Positions 49,201-60,800 of a stretch of 64,000 nucleotides of DNA are shown one piece after another. The translations under genes and the position numbers were made by a program. A model generated the notes under the pieces. The model worked only from the letters and a program-made list of their open reading frames with translations, did not search any database and was not told where the DNA came from. Each line of letters begins with the position of its first letter. The first letter of the stretch is position 1. Origin of the DNA: Phycisphaerae bacterium (GTDB lineage Bacteria; Planctomycetota; Phycisphaerae; UBA1845; Fen-1342); assembly GCA_963675745.2 (NCBI GenBank), contig CAXXWX010000016.1:96001-160000 (forward strand), in the 5' to 3' direction.

Positions 49201-50835
49201 ATGCGTCGGCCTGGTTGGCCCGGAACTGCTTACGACACGGTACCACGCGGTTTGCGTTCACTGATCGGTGTCGGGCTGCTGCTCGTGACTGCGGCCGGTG
49301 GTTGCGCCTCATGGTACGCCGCCGACGCCGACCGCGAGGTGAACGCGGTGCTGGCGAAGTACACGCAACGGGTGCTTGCCAACCGATCCGATTGGGTGCA
49401 GCGCCCCGCGACGCTGCCCGACGAGCCGGACGCCCCCGCCGATGCCGAGCCGGCGGACCCGGGCGAGACGCTCCTGATCGACCTGCCAACGGCCCTGCAA
49501 CTCGCATTCACGTCGAGCCGCGATTTCCTGGATCGCAGTGAAGGGCTGTATGTGGACGGGTTGGGCTACACGCTGACACGCTACAACTTCGGGCCGATCC
49601 TCAACGCGACCATTTCGTATCTCTGGCAGGACGCCGAGGATACCGTGGGCAGTGACTCGCACGCCCTGGCACTGGGGGCCTCGCAGGTGCTTCCGACCGG
49701 TGGTGACCTGACGTTTTCAGCCGGGCTGACCGGTGACCGGACCGCGGACCGGCCCCCGATGGCCCCGCAAGACGAGGACTTCACCTACAACTCGAATATG
49801 CAGGTCAACCTGCGCCAGCCGCTGCTGCGCGGGGCCGGCTTTGAAGTGGCCTGGGAAAGCCTGACGCAGGGCAAGCGCGATCTGGTGTACGCCGTACGCT
49901 CGTTTGAGCTTTTCCGCCAGGATTTCTGCATCCGGATCGTCGAGGGATATTACCGGCTCGTCAGCCAGAAGCTGCGGCTGGCCAATGATGAGCAGAACTA
50001 CAAAGACGCGGTGTCGGATCGCGAAAAGGCCGAGGCGCTGCGGAGCCTGGATCGCAACACGGACAACGACGTGTTTCTCGCCCGGCGCCGTGAGATCGAG
50101 GCCGAAGACGCATTGCTGGTCGCGCGGACGGAGTACAAGCTGGCGCTGGACGACTTCCGGATTCTGCTTGGGTCGCCGGCCGGCAAGGTGATTGTGCAAG
50201 ACGAGCAGCCAGAGTTTCAGCCCGTGCGTTTCGATGCGGAGTCGGCCGTCAAGGTGGCGCTGCTGAACCGGCTTGACCTCCATACGCAACGCGACCGGGT
50301 AGACGACGCGCGCCGGCAGGTTCGTATCGCCAGGAACGCTTTGCTGCCGGATGTGTCGCTCAGCGCGCAATACGGCCTTGACGGCGGCCCCGGTGATGTC
50401 AACGACACGGTGCCGGAGCAGTGGTCGGCCTCAATGGGCCTGGAATTCGAGTTGCCGCTGGACCGCAAGGCCGAGAGAAACGCGTACCGGGCCGCGCTGA
50501 TTACGCTCCAGCAAGCCCGCCGTACGCTGGAACGGCGTTGCGACGAGATCGAGCGCGACATTTTCGACCAGTTGCGCCAGCTCAGCCAGGTGGAGAAGCG
50601 GATCGACCTACAGCGCAAGCAGATCGAGTTTGAGCAGCGCGCCGTGGCGGTAACCGAGATTCGTTACAACGCCGGCGACGTATCAAACCGTGATAAGCTG
50701 GAGGCCCGTCAGGGGCTCATAAATGCCCAGAACCGCCTGATCGATCTCAAGGTGCAGCACTTCATAGCGCGGCTGCGCCTGGCGCGTGACCTCGGAATCC
50801 TCTTTGTCGACGAAAACGGGATGTGGCGATCATGA
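49201..50835 (+). CDS. TolC-family outer membrane efflux protein
   Basis: AGG-C lipobox; LRQPLLRGAG, ALLNRLDL, NALLPDV, LPLDRKAERNAYR. Confidence 0.88.
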   Translation: MRRPGWPGTAYDTVPRGLRSLIGVGLLLVTAAGGCASWYAADADREVNAVLAKYTQRVLANRSDWVQRPATLPDEPDAPADAEPADPGETLLIDLPTALQLAFTSSRDFLDRSEGLYVDGLGYTLTRYNFGPILNATISYLWQDAEDTVGSDSHALALGASQVLPTGGDLTFSAGLTGDRTADRPPMAPQDEDFTYNSNMQVNLRQPLLRGAGFEVAWESLTQGKRDLVYAVRSFELFRQDFCIRIVEGYYRLVSQKLRLANDEQNYKDAVSDREKAEALRSLDRNTDNDVFLARRREIEAEDALLVARTEYKLALDDFRILLGSPAGKVIVQDEQPEFQPVRFDAESAVKVALLNRLDLHTQRDRVDDARRQVRIARNALLPDVSLSAQYGLDGGPGDVNDTVPEQWSASMGLEFELPLDRKAERNAYRAALITLQQARRTLERRCDEIERDIFDQLRQLSQVEKRIDLQRKQIEFEQRAVAVTEIRYNAGDVSNRDKLEARQGLINAQNRLIDLKVQHFIARLRLARDLGILFVDENGMWRS

Positions 50836-52352
50836 AGACCATACTTGTTGTCCTCACCATCGCGGTTGTGGGCACCGGCGGCGCGCTGCTGGTGCGCCAG
50901 ACCGCCTGGGCACAGTCCGACACCGAATTCCCCGAAGACGTCCTGTTCTGCGCGACCCGCGGCCAGCTCACCGTGACCATCACCGAGAACGGATCGCTGA
51001 TGGCCAAGAACTCCGAGAAGATCACCTTTCAGGGCAAGCGCGGCGGGAAGATCACGTTCCTGATCGAGGAAGGCAAGACCGTCGACCCGAACGAGGTGCT
51101 TTGCAGGCTAGAGACGACCGAGCTCGAGGAGCAGTTGCAGGAGCTCGAGCTGAGCATTCTCCAGACCGAAACAGACCTGGACAACGCGCGCACCGAGCTG
51201 GAGATCCAGGTGAGCGAGAACGCCGCCAGCATCGAGAAAGCCCAATTCGCGTCCGAGAAAGCGCAGAAGGAGCTCGAGAAATACAAGGATGGAGATGCGC
51301 CCAAGGAGCGTGACAACCTGGAGATCGCCATCAAGGAGGCGCGCACGAATTTCTCCCGGGCCAAGAAGAAGTACGAAGACTCGAAGAAACTCCAGGAGCA
51401 GGATTACATCAGCGGGTCCGAGGTTGAGCAGGATCAGATTGCCTGTGAGCGCGCCGAAATCAAGCACACGGCCGCCGTGCGCGACCTGGATCTGTTTGAG
51501 CGCTACACTTCTCCGATGATGCTCCGCGAGAAGAACGTGGCCGTAAAAGACACCGACCGTGAGCTCGTTAACGCCGAGAAACGCGCCAAGTCAAAACTCC
51601 GCAACCGCGAAGTCGCCGTTGAGAAGGCCGAAAGCCGGCTGAAGGCGCTCAACAAGCAACTCGACGAGCTGAAGGAAGAGATCGCCAGTTGCACGATCAA
51701 GGCGCCCTCACCGGGAATCGTGCTGTACGGCGACCCCAAACGCTGGTGGACACGGCGTGAGGTCAAGCTGGGTGGGCAGATCTGGAGCGGATTCACGATC
51801 TTCACGATCCCCGACCTGCGGGTCATGCAGGTGCGCATCAGGATTCACGAGGCCGACATCAACAAGATCAAGGTGGATCAGACGGTTACCGTCACCATGG
51901 ACACCTACCCGGGGTTGGTGCTCACGGGGAAGGTGACCAAGGTGGCCCAGGTCGCCGAAGACTCGCAGCCCTGGCGGGAGGATGAGGTCAAGCGCTTCAC
52001 GGTTGACATAACGCTGGATTCGACCGGCGACGTTACGCTTAAGCCCGGCATTAGTGCCAAGGCGGAGGTGTTTATCGAGACGCTCGACGATGTGCTCTAT
52101 GTCCCGCTGCAATGCGTGTTCATCGAGGAGGGCACGCACTACTGCTATGAGCTGCGCGGAGATCAGCCGGAACGTGTGGTGGTCGAGGCGGGCGCGACGA
52201 ACGACCACTACGTGCAGATTGTGAGTGGTCTCGAGTCCGGTGCCCGCGTCTTGTTGTACAACCCGCACGTGACCGCCGCCGAGGAGGCCGCGGCGCGCGA
52301 GGGTGCCGAAGCCAACACGCCGCCGCTGCCGCCACCGGCGGCCCAGCCGTGA
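50832..52352 (+). CDS. Efflux periplasmic adaptor (MFP/HlyD family)
   Basis: ATGA overlap; lipoyl-like halves, long coiled coil, IKAPSPGIV, LKPGISA, VSGLESG. Confidence 0.88.
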   Translation: MKTILVVLTIAVVGTGGALLVRQTAWAQSDTEFPEDVLFCATRGQLTVTITENGSLMAKNSEKITFQGKRGGKITFLIEEGKTVDPNEVLCRLETTELEEQLQELELSILQTETDLDNARTELEIQVSENAASIEKAQFASEKAQKELEKYKDGDAPKERDNLEIAIKEARTNFSRAKKKYEDSKKLQEQDYISGSEVEQDQIACERAEIKHTAAVRDLDLFERYTSPMMLREKNVAVKDTDRELVNAEKRAKSKLRNREVAVEKAESRLKALNKQLDELKEEIASCTIKAPSPGIVLYGDPKRWWTRREVKLGGQIWSGFTIFTIPDLRVMQVRIRIHEADINKIKVDQTVTVTMDTYPGLVLTGKVTKVAQVAEDSQPWREDEVKRFTVDITLDSTGDVTLKPGISAKAEVFIETLDDVLYVPLQCVFIEEGTHYCYELRGDQPERVVVEAGATNDHYVQIVSGLESGARVLLYNPHVTAAEEAAAREGAEANTPPLPPPAAQP

Positions 52353-52365
52353 TCGGGGCATCGTC

Positions 52366-53085
52366 ATGATAGCCGGGTCATCGACGCTGCTTCAGCTCAG
52401 CCACGTGGAGAAGATCTACGGCACCGCGGCCAATCCGCTCCAGGTGCTGTATGACGTCAACCTGACCGTGCGCGCGGGTGAATACGTGGCGATCATCGGC
52501 AGATCCGGCGCCGGTAAGTCAACCATGCTGAATATCCTCGGCTGTCTCGACCGACCCACGCGCGGCGCCTATTACCTGATGGGCGACAACGTCGCGGAGT
52601 TTGATGACGAGAAGCTGTCGCGCGCGCGCAAGCAGCACATCGGATTTATCTTCCAGTCATTCCAGCTTGTCTCCCATCTATCGGTGCTGGAGAACGTGGA
52701 GATGCCGTTGTTCTACGCGCGTCAAACGCGTCAAGCGCGTCGCCGGCGTTGCCGCGAGCTGATCGCGCGCGTCGGGCTCAGCAGCCGCGAAGACCACCGC
52801 CCCAGCCAGCTTTCCGGCGGTGAAAACCAACGGGCCGCGATCGCGCGGGCGCTGGCCAACGATCCCGCCGTGGTTCTCGCGGATGAGCCGACCGGCAATC
52901 TTGACTCCAGCACATCGGACGAAATCATGAACCTGTTGCGGGGGTTGCACGACACGGGTTGTACGATCCTGTTGATCACGCATGATCGCGACATCGCCCG
53001 CACGGCGCCGCGCACGGTTGTTCTGCGCGACGGGCGCATTGTGCAGGATGCCGGCTCGGATACGACCGCCAATGTTTCTGTTTGA
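52366..53085 (+). CDS. MacB/LolD-type ABC ATP-binding protein
   Basis: GRSGAGKST, GCLDRPT, IGFIFQ, LSGGENQR, LADEPTGNLD. Confidence 0.93.
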   Translation: MIAGSSTLLQLSHVEKIYGTAANPLQVLYDVNLTVRAGEYVAIIGRSGAGKSTMLNILGCLDRPTRGAYYLMGDNVAEFDDEKLSRARKQHIGFIFQSFQLVSHLSVLENVEMPLFYARQTRQARRRRCRELIARVGLSSREDHRPSQLSGGENQRAAIARALANDPAVVLADEPTGNLDSSTSDEIMNLLRGLHDTGCTILLITHDRDIARTAPRTVVLRDGRIVQDAGSDTTANVSV

Positions 53086-54343
53086 GCTGATTCACGAAGC
53101 GCTGCGCAACCTCGAGCGGCACAAGCTGCGCTCATTGCTGACGACGCTCGGCATCATCTTCGGCATCGCCTCGGTGCTCGCCATGGTGGCGATCGGCGAA
53201 GGGGCCCGCCGCGCGATCCTCGAACAAATCCAGCAGCTCGGCGTCACCAACATCATCATAAACGCGGAAAAACCGCCCGAAACGGAAGACGTCAGCGAGG
53301 AAGAAGAGGGCGACACGCTCAACTACGGCCTGACGTTTCGCGACGCCGAGCAGATCAGGCTCACGCTCCCCATGGTCGAGGAGGTGCTGGGCGTCCACGA
53401 CGTTGAGAAGTGGATCTGGTTTCGCAGCCACCGAATTCAGGCCAAGGTGCGTGGCGTGACACCCGACTATTTCGAGCGTTTGCGCCTGCGTCCATTTCTC
53501 GGGCGCAGCTTGGAGGAGATGGACGGCCGCGACTGTCGCCGTGTTTGTGTTGTGCGCCGGCAACTCCTGAAGGAGGCCCGATACGTCGGCGATCCGCTGA
53601 AACTTGATTTAAAGGTGGGCAGTGAGTATTTCCGCGTTGTCGGCGTGCTGCCCGACTTTGAGTTTCAGAGCCCCCACAAGGCCGTGCTCGGCATCGACGA
53701 TCGCGCGCTGGAGGTTTATGTCCCGTTTGAAACCGCGGTTGACCGCTACGGGCTGACGTCGGTGAAAGAACGCGCCAGCGGCCATGAGAGCACGCACGTC
53801 GAACTTCACCAAATCGTCTGCACGATCAAGGATGAGGAGAGCGTCTTACGCGGGGCCCGCGCGATCCAGGCGGTGCTCGCCAAGCTGCACAAGAAAAAGG
53901 ACTACCAGATCACGGTTCCGCTCGAGCTGCTGCGCTCACAACAGCGGACCCAGCGCGTCTTCAATATTGTCCTGCCGGTTATCGCCGGAATTTCTCTGCT
54001 GGTGGGCGGTATCGGCATCCTCAACATCATGCTCGCCAGTATCACCGAGCGTACGCGGGAAATCGGCATTCGGCGGGCCATCGGTGCGTCCAGTGGTGAC
54101 ATTACCATGCAGTTTCTGATCGAAACCGTAACGCTGGCGATGATTGGCGGGCTGCTCGGCGTTGTGGTCGGCATCGGCGCCGCGCTCGTACTCCAGTACT
54201 TCACCCAGTGGCACGCGGTCATCACGCCCTGGTCGCTAATCCTGTCGATGGGAGTCTCGTGCCTGACCGGTGTCGTGTTTGGCATCTACCCCGCGCGGCG
54301 AGCGGCGGCCATGGACCCAATTGAGGCCTTGCGCCACGAGTAA
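53072..54343 (+). CDS. MacB/FtsX-type ABC permease
   Basis: LRSLLTTLGIIFGIASV, ISLLVGGIGILNIML.S.TERTREIGIRRAIGA, GIYPARRAAAMDPIEALRHE. Confidence 0.93.
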   Translation: MFLFELIHEALRNLERHKLRSLLTTLGIIFGIASVLAMVAIGEGARRAILEQIQQLGVTNIIINAEKPPETEDVSEEEEGDTLNYGLTFRDAEQIRLTLPMVEEVLGVHDVEKWIWFRSHRIQAKVRGVTPDYFERLRLRPFLGRSLEEMDGRDCRRVCVVRRQLLKEARYVGDPLKLDLKVGSEYFRVVGVLPDFEFQSPHKAVLGIDDRALEVYVPFETAVDRYGLTSVKERASGHESTHVELHQIVCTIKDEESVLRGARAIQAVLAKLHKKKDYQITVPLELLRSQQRTQRVFNIVLPVIAGISLLVGGIGILNIMLASITERTREIGIRRAIGASSGDITMQFLIETVTLAMIGGLLGVVVGIGAALVLQYFTQWHAVITPWSLILSMGVSCLTGVVFGIYPARRAAAMDPIEALRHE

Positions 54344-54418
54344 ACTCGCACCCACCGAGCACGGCGCGACGCGGTCAACAACCACCCAGAATGCGTGCGA
54401 GGGCATTGCGGCGGCGGC

Positions 54419-55075
54419 CTACACCTGGAGTATTCCACGCTCGCGGAGGCAGCCACGCATTTGTCCGATTGGGTTGTTCGTGGGGTCCACGCGGATTACC
54501 TGCCAACCGCGTTGCGCCGCGGCCCGGCAATTGGCCGGCAAATCATCGAAGAACAGCACATCCTCGGGAGCGACACCGGTATCACGCTCGACGCGCTCAT
54601 ACGCGGCGGCGTCGGGTTTGGCGCAGCCCATCAAGTGGCTGGCGAAACGGTACGTCAGCCGGCCAAGCGCAACATCGTGCTCGTTGCCCGGCGTCATCAG
54701 CAGACGCCAGTGGTTGGCATTGGTGTTGGACAGGCAGGCCGTCTTCACGCCGGTGTTGGTGACGCTCTCGACAAGTTCGCGCGCCCCCGGATATGCGCCG
54801 CCCAGCCAGGCGTCCGACACCCGCATCACCTGGTCGACCGTCAGCCCGGTATACCGGGCGGTCCGCGCGGCGAAGGTCTCGGTGTCGACCGCGCCGGTCT
54901 CGGCCGGCTTGTAGATGGCTGTGAGCTCATCAGAGCGCTGGGGATCCAACGCCACGGCGGGCACCGGCACGCCGGCCGCCGCACACGCTTCAGCCCATGT
55001 GCCGCGCACACGCACCAGCACACAACCCAGGTCGAAACACACGAGTTTCACACGTCTGTCAATCTCCGCGCCCAA
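54419..55075 (-). CDS. HAD-superfamily phosphatase (YihX-like); start may be the GTG at 55051
   Basis: FDLGCVL, LSNTN, KPD, FFDD...N. Confidence 0.88.
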   Translation of the reverse strand: MGAEIDRRVKLVCFDLGCVLVRVRGTWAEACAAAGVPVPAVALDPQRSDELTAIYKPAETGAVDTETFAARTARYTGLTVDQVMRVSDAWLGGAYPGARELVESVTNTGVKTACLSNTNANHWRLLMTPGNEHDVALGRLTYRFASHLMGCAKPDAAAYERVERDTGVAPEDVLFFDDLPANCRAAAQRGWQVIRVDPTNNPIGQMRGCLRERGILQV

Positions 55076-55281
55076 GTGAACACTCCGTTTGGCTGAACTA
55101 CGCGGCGCCAGCGCCTGGCGCGGTCAGGTGAGTCTATTTGCACCGGCCACACGGAATCAAGGCGCCGGCGGCCTTAATCAGGTGCACAATCGGCGCCGGT
55201 CGCGTACAATGCGCCCTGGGTGGTGGCAGCCGGGGGTAAGGGGCACCGTGCGGCGTACGCACGGAAGCTGGTGGCCACTTA

Positions 55282-56955
55282 TTGGTGCATGTCGTGAACA
55301 CGGGGAAGACTTCAGGGCGTGACGAGTCTCACGAGGGCATGGGCGATGTGTGCCCGCGACTCGTGTCAGACAGTGAGCTTTCATGTGCACAGGCCCTGCT
55401 CGCAACGGTTCCCGATACGATCCTGCGCCTCACCGCTGACGGTGTGGTGCGCGCCCACAAGGCCGGAGGCGACCTTCTCCCCGAGTCACCTGTCAACGTG
55501 ATTGGGCGGGAGCTCGCCGAGTTGCTGCCGTCGGAAGTGGCGCAGTCGCTGAACTCCGCAATCACGCGCGTGCTGAAGACGCGCGCAGCGGAAGAATCCG
55601 AGCACCAGCTCAGGCAAGACGGCACGTTGCGGTACTTCCGTATCCGCGTCATGGCCGTTGGTTGCGATGAGGCCCTGCTGGTTGCCCATGACGTCACGCG
55701 GCGCCGCCGCACTGAGGATGAGCTGCACCGCTATCGCCACCAACTGGAGGAGCTGGTCAGCCGTCGCACGGGCGAACTGGCCGATCTCAACCAGCGTCTG
55801 CGCGCCGAGCTGGTCGAGCGGCAGCGCATCGAAGAGGCACTCCGCGAGAGTGAGCGTTTGTTCCGCACCCTGGCCGAGACCACGCCGACAGGGATATTCA
55901 TCGCACAGGGCGAGCACCTGCGTTATGTCAATCCGGCGATGGCCGGAATCCTGGGCCACTCGGTCGAGGCGCTGGTTGGCCGGCGCTACAGCGACTTTGT
56001 ACACGCAGAGATGCACGCGCTGGTCGAGAAGCGCTATGCCGCCCGCCTGGCCGGCCAGGCCGTCCCTTCGCGCTACGAGCTGCGAGTCGTTGACCGAAAC
56101 GGGGACGACCATTGGCTGGATTTCGCCGCCGCATTGATCGAATACGAGGGACAGCCGGCGATCCTGGGGACGGCGTTGGATATCACCGATCGGAAACTGG
56201 CGCAGCAGGAGGCGCGCAGACACCTCGATGAGCTGGCCCACGTAACGCGCTTGAGCACCATGGGCGAAATGGCCAGCAGCCTGGCGCATGAGGTCAATCA
56301 ACCTCTGTCCGCCACGGCCAACTACGTCGGGGCGGCGATTCGCCGCGCGCGCGCCGGCAATGTCGACACCCATGAGCTACTTGATGATCTTCAGGCGGCG
56401 ATCCTGCAAATCAGGCGCGCCGGCGACGTCGTGCGCCACATAAAGAACTTCATCCGCAAACGCGAACCCGACCACTCACCATGCCACCTGAATCACACGA
56501 TTCGCCATACGGTCGCACTGGTCGAAGATCAGCTCCGGCAACACAAGACCGCGGTCGATCTTGACCTGGCGGACAACCTGCCGCGCGCACTGATGGACGA
56601 GATCCAGATTCAGCAGGTGGTCTTGAACCTGGCGCGTAACGGCATCGAAGCTCTGGCCGAGCTTCCGGCGGATTCTCAACGCCGAATCTCGATTCAGACC
56701 ACGCCGGCGGACGCGCGCTGGATTCGCGTGTCCATTTCGGACAACGGGCCCGTGGTGCCCGCTGGCAAGCTCGATCGAATCTTCGATGCTTTTTTCACAA
56801 CCAAGCCCAGCGGCATGGGATTGGGCTTGTCCATCAGTCGTTCGATTGTCGAATCTCATGGCGGCCGTCTGACGGCGACCGCGAACCCGCATGGTGGTCT
56901 TACATTCAGTTTTACGCTGCCCGTCTATGACGAGGAGGCACGCGATGAATGCTGA
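55282..56955 (+). CDS. PAS-PAS sensor histidine kinase (FixL-like kinase core); start uncertain
   Basis: MGEMASSLAHEVNQPL, QQVVLNLARN, FFTTKPSGMGLGLSISRSIVESHGG. Confidence 0.92.
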   Translation: MVHVVNTGKTSGRDESHEGMGDVCPRLVSDSELSCAQALLATVPDTILRLTADGVVRAHKAGGDLLPESPVNVIGRELAELLPSEVAQSLNSAITRVLKTRAAEESEHQLRQDGTLRYFRIRVMAVGCDEALLVAHDVTRRRRTEDELHRYRHQLEELVSRRTGELADLNQRLRAELVERQRIEEALRESERLFRTLAETTPTGIFIAQGEHLRYVNPAMAGILGHSVEALVGRRYSDFVHAEMHALVEKRYAARLAGQAVPSRYELRVVDRNGDDHWLDFAAALIEYEGQPAILGTALDITDRKLAQQEARRHLDELAHVTRLSTMGEMASSLAHEVNQPLSATANYVGAAIRRARAGNVDTHELLDDLQAAILQIRRAGDVVRHIKNFIRKREPDHSPCHLNHTIRHTVALVEDQLRQHKTAVDLDLADNLPRALMDEIQIQQVVLNLARNGIEALAELPADSQRRISIQTTPADARWIRVSISDNGPVVPAGKLDRIFDAFFTTKPSGMGLGLSISRSIVESHGGRLTATANPHGGLTFSFTLPVYDEEARDEC

Positions 56956-57571
56956 GCCTTTGATCACCGTTGTCGATGATGATCCGGCGGTGCGACACTC
57001 GCTGACACGCCTGCTGGAGTCGGCCGGCTATGCCTGTTGCGCTTACGCTTCGGCGGAGGCATTCCTCGCGGACTATAACCCGGATGTACCCGGGTGCCTG
57101 CTGCTCGATGTCCGCATGCCCGGCATGAGCGGCATCGAACTCCAAGCCAGGCTGGCGGAGCAGACCGTCAGACTCCCGGTCATCATAGTCACGGGCCACG
57201 GGGACATACCGATGGCCGTCAGCGCTATGAAAACCGGCGTGTTTGACTTCATCGAGAAGCCGTTCGACGACGACCGGATACTCGATTGCATCAAGCGCGC
57301 CCTTGCCCACGACACGCGGGTGCGTTGCCGGCAATGCGAACGCCGCGAGTCGCAGCGCCGCCTGAATCTGCTTTCGCCGCGCGAGCTGGAGGTGCTCAAC
57401 GGCCTTGCGGCCGGCGAGACGGTTGAGCAGGTCGCGAGCCGGCTGCACATCAGCCCCAAGACGGTGTATATGCACCGCGGCCACGTGATGGAGAAGGTCG
57501 GGGTGGACTCGATCGCAGACCTGGTGAAACTGAAGTTTCAGGCGCAAAACCCGGACGCCAGCGGCGTCTGA
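56945..57571 (+). CDS. FixJ-like LuxR-family response regulator
   Basis: VVDDD, GCLLLDVRMPGMSG, TGHGDIPMAV, FIEKP; HTH LSPRELEVL...ISPKTV..HR..VMEK. Confidence 0.93.
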   Translation: MNAEPLITVVDDDPAVRHSLTRLLESAGYACCAYASAEAFLADYNPDVPGCLLLDVRMPGMSGIELQARLAEQTVRLPVIIVTGHGDIPMAVSAMKTGVFDFIEKPFDDDRILDCIKRALAHDTRVRCRQCERRESQRRLNLLSPRELEVLNGLAAGETVEQVASRLHISPKTVYMHRGHVMEKVGVDSIADLVKLKFQAQNPDASGV

Positions 57572-57804
57572 ATATCGCGGCGGCGGCCGATGGGGGCTGG
57601 CTCCCTCGCCGGCTCCCGGGGTGTGGATGCGCGAAACATCCGGTGTAGACTTTTTCTATGTTTTGTCGATCGGGGCTATCCGTTAGATTAGTGGAAGCTG
57701 TAGTATGTAAGCGCGGGGCAAGCCAGACGTAATCCCTCCCTCCCTGGGGGGCGGAGGGATGGAGTTTATCCACACACATTTCCACGTTGGGGCATGGCTG
57801 ATGT

Positions 57805-60800
57805 TTACGGCGGCGCCGGCTCAGCGGCTTGGGTTGTGGCCTCGTCCGGGGCAAGCAATGCGCGATAGCGCTCGGCTTCGTCGGCACGGCCCTGTTGCTC
57901 ATAGACCTTGATGAGCCGCTCGAGCAGAGCGCGCGTACGCCAGTGATCCGCACCCAGCGAAGCGCTGATCGCCGTGTACGCCGCCAACACCTGCTCTTCC
58001 GCCTCTTCCAGACGCCCCTGTTCCAGCAGCGCGCGGCCGTACAGGCCACGCACCACGTCGGGCAGCCAGTGTCCGGGCGGCGTGGCATCGCGCATAGCCT
58101 CGATCAGCGGCGCCAGCTCGGCGGCGGCCTCCTCAGTGCGACCGCGCTCCAGCAGGAGGATTCCCAACTGCAGCCGCGCGAACAGCGTATCCAGATGGTC
58201 AGGACCATATTCGCGCAGCCGGACCGCATACACCCGACGCATGAGCGTTTCGGCCTCGTCCAGTTCGTTGGCCTCCATCAGGCTGGCGGCGAGGTTCAGC
58301 ATGAGCGACGCGGTTTGCACGTCCTCCTGACCCTCCTCCGGCGCCAGTGCCTTCAGCGCCGTGCGGTATAGCTCCACCGCATCCGCCGTCCGATCCTGGA
58401 GTTGATAGCAGTGTGCCAGGTTGTTCAGCGCGTAGAGCGTCTCCGCGTGGGCGTCACCGCGCGTGCGCCGGGCATGCTCATAGGTCGCCAGAGCCAACTG
58501 CTCAGCCTCAGCAAACTTACCCGTCGCGTTCAACACCGCCGCCAGACTGGCCATCACGCTCTGTGTCTGCGGGTGGTCATCGCCCAACGCCGCGCGGTAG
58601 ATCGTGAGTGCTTCGCGGTAAAGCTCTTCGGCCGCGGCGGAATTGCCGAGCTCGTATAGCAGGCCGGCCAGCGATGCGGCCGCGGTCGCGACGATGTCGT
58701 GCTGATTGCCGTACGCCGACCGTGCCACGGCGAGCGCCTCGCGATAGGCCTGTTCGGCGCCGGCGTAGTCACCCGTATCCTGGAGCAACGCGCCGAGATT
58801 CTGCAACGTGCTGATCAACGCCGGATGATCGGCGCCGAGTTGTCCGCGACGCTGATCGAGCGCAGCTCGCAGCTCGCGCTCGGCCTCGACGTAGTCACCC
58901 TTGGCGTACAAGACCACGCCGAGGCTGTGGCGGCTGTTGGCAATGTCCGGGTGAACCGTGTCGTGGGCCGCGTACCGGATTTCCAGCGCCTGACGCAACA
59001 GGCTCTCGGCCTCGTCATAATCACCCTGATTCATGCGGCAGACACCCAGGTTGTGCAGGATGTCGGCGACGGCCGGGTGTTTCTCGCCGAGCAACTTGCG
59101 CTCCATCGCCAGTGCTTCACGATATAACGCCTCGCTCTTGGCGTACTCGCCGCGATCATCGAGCAAGGCGGCGAGGTTGTTCAGGTCGATCGCGATTGAG
59201 GGGTGTTCGTTGCCCAGCAGCTTACGCCGCAGTGCCAGCGATTCACGCTGAAGCTGCTCGGCGGCCGCGTAGTCGCCGCGCTCTTTCAGCAGGATCGCCA
59301 GGTTGTTCAGCCCGACGGCCACGGCCAGGTGTTCGTCGCCGTGCGCTTTGCGGTGCAGTGCCAGGGCGGCCCGGTACAGCTCTTCGGCTTCGTCAAAATG
59401 ACCCTCGAGGCGCAGAGCCGCCGCGAGGTTTGTCTCACTGGCAGCGACCGAAACGTGATCATCGCCGAGCAGCTTGCGGCGCATGGTCAGCGCGGCCCGG
59501 TGGGCTTCTTCCGCCGCCTGATAGTCGCCCTGGTCGTGGCGCAGTTGCCCCAGCGCGTTCAGGCAGGCGGCGAGCTCCACATGCTCAGCGCCCCACAGCC
59601 GGCGCGCCGCTTCGAGCGCCGCCAGGCAGAGGGGCCTCGGCTTCGTCGAATCGTCCCCGACTGCACAATACCTGCGAAAGCTCGCGCTGACTGGCGATCA
59701 CGTCGGGATGCTCGTCACCATGAATCCGGCGGCGCATCTCGAGTGCTCGGCGCATCTGCGGCTCGGCCTTTTCGTACAGGCCAAGCGTGGCATACGACGC
59801 GGCGATCGTCATGCGCAGGCTGGCCTCAACCTCACGATCGAGGTGAGTGTTTCTTCCAAGACCGGCCACAGCGTCATCCAGGACGTCGGCGATACGAGCC
59901 TCGCGCCCCAGATCGATGGGGCGCGCCAGCATGCCGGTCAGAAACTCGTTGATGGTGCGCGCCCGGTCCGCTTCGCGTTCGGCCATTTGCCGGGAGTTTT
60001 CCACGGACACACGTCGCTGTTCGGCAAGCTGCTCGGCTCTGACGGCACGTTGCCAGAGGAACGTCAGCCAGATCGACGCGGCCAGCATCAGCACCACAAC
60101 CGCGGCGCTGACGCGGACCGTGTATTGATAGCGCCGCATCGCCTTGCGCAGGTTGTACATGGCGCTGTCGCGCTTGGCTTCGATGGGTTCGCCGGCCAGG
60201 TAGTGGCGCAAATCGCGCGCCAGATCGCCGACGCTCTGGTAACGCCGGTCGGGCTCCTTCGCGAGACATTTCAGCACGATCGTCTCGACTTCGTCGTCTA
60301 TGTCCTTGTGGATCAGACTGGGCCGGCGCGGCATCGCCGTGCGGATGTTGCCGAGCACCTCGCTGAAAGTGCCGACCACCGCGTAGGGAAACTCGCCGGT
60401 GAGCATTTGGTACAGCATCACGCCCAGCGAGTACACGTCTGTGCGCACATCGATCTTGTCGGGTGTACCTTCGACCTGCTCAGGGCTGGCCCAGGGCAGC
60501 GAACCCATGAACTCACCGGTCTGGCTCATTGTGGCTTGCACCGCCGTCCCGGATGAGCCGTCTGCCAGCTTCGCCAGACCAAAATCGAGCACGTGCGGCT
60601 GCAAATCGCCGTCCAGGCGGATGTTGCTGGGCTTGAGATCCCGGTGGATCACGCCGCGCTGGTGGGCATAGTGGATCGCATCCGCGATCTTGGCGACCAG
60701 CTCCAGCGACGGCTTGAGTGACAGCAGCGGCGCGCGGTTTTGGCGCGGCGTGGGTACACGCGCGTCGAGTACGGCGGCCCCGAGCGGATCGCCACCAAAC

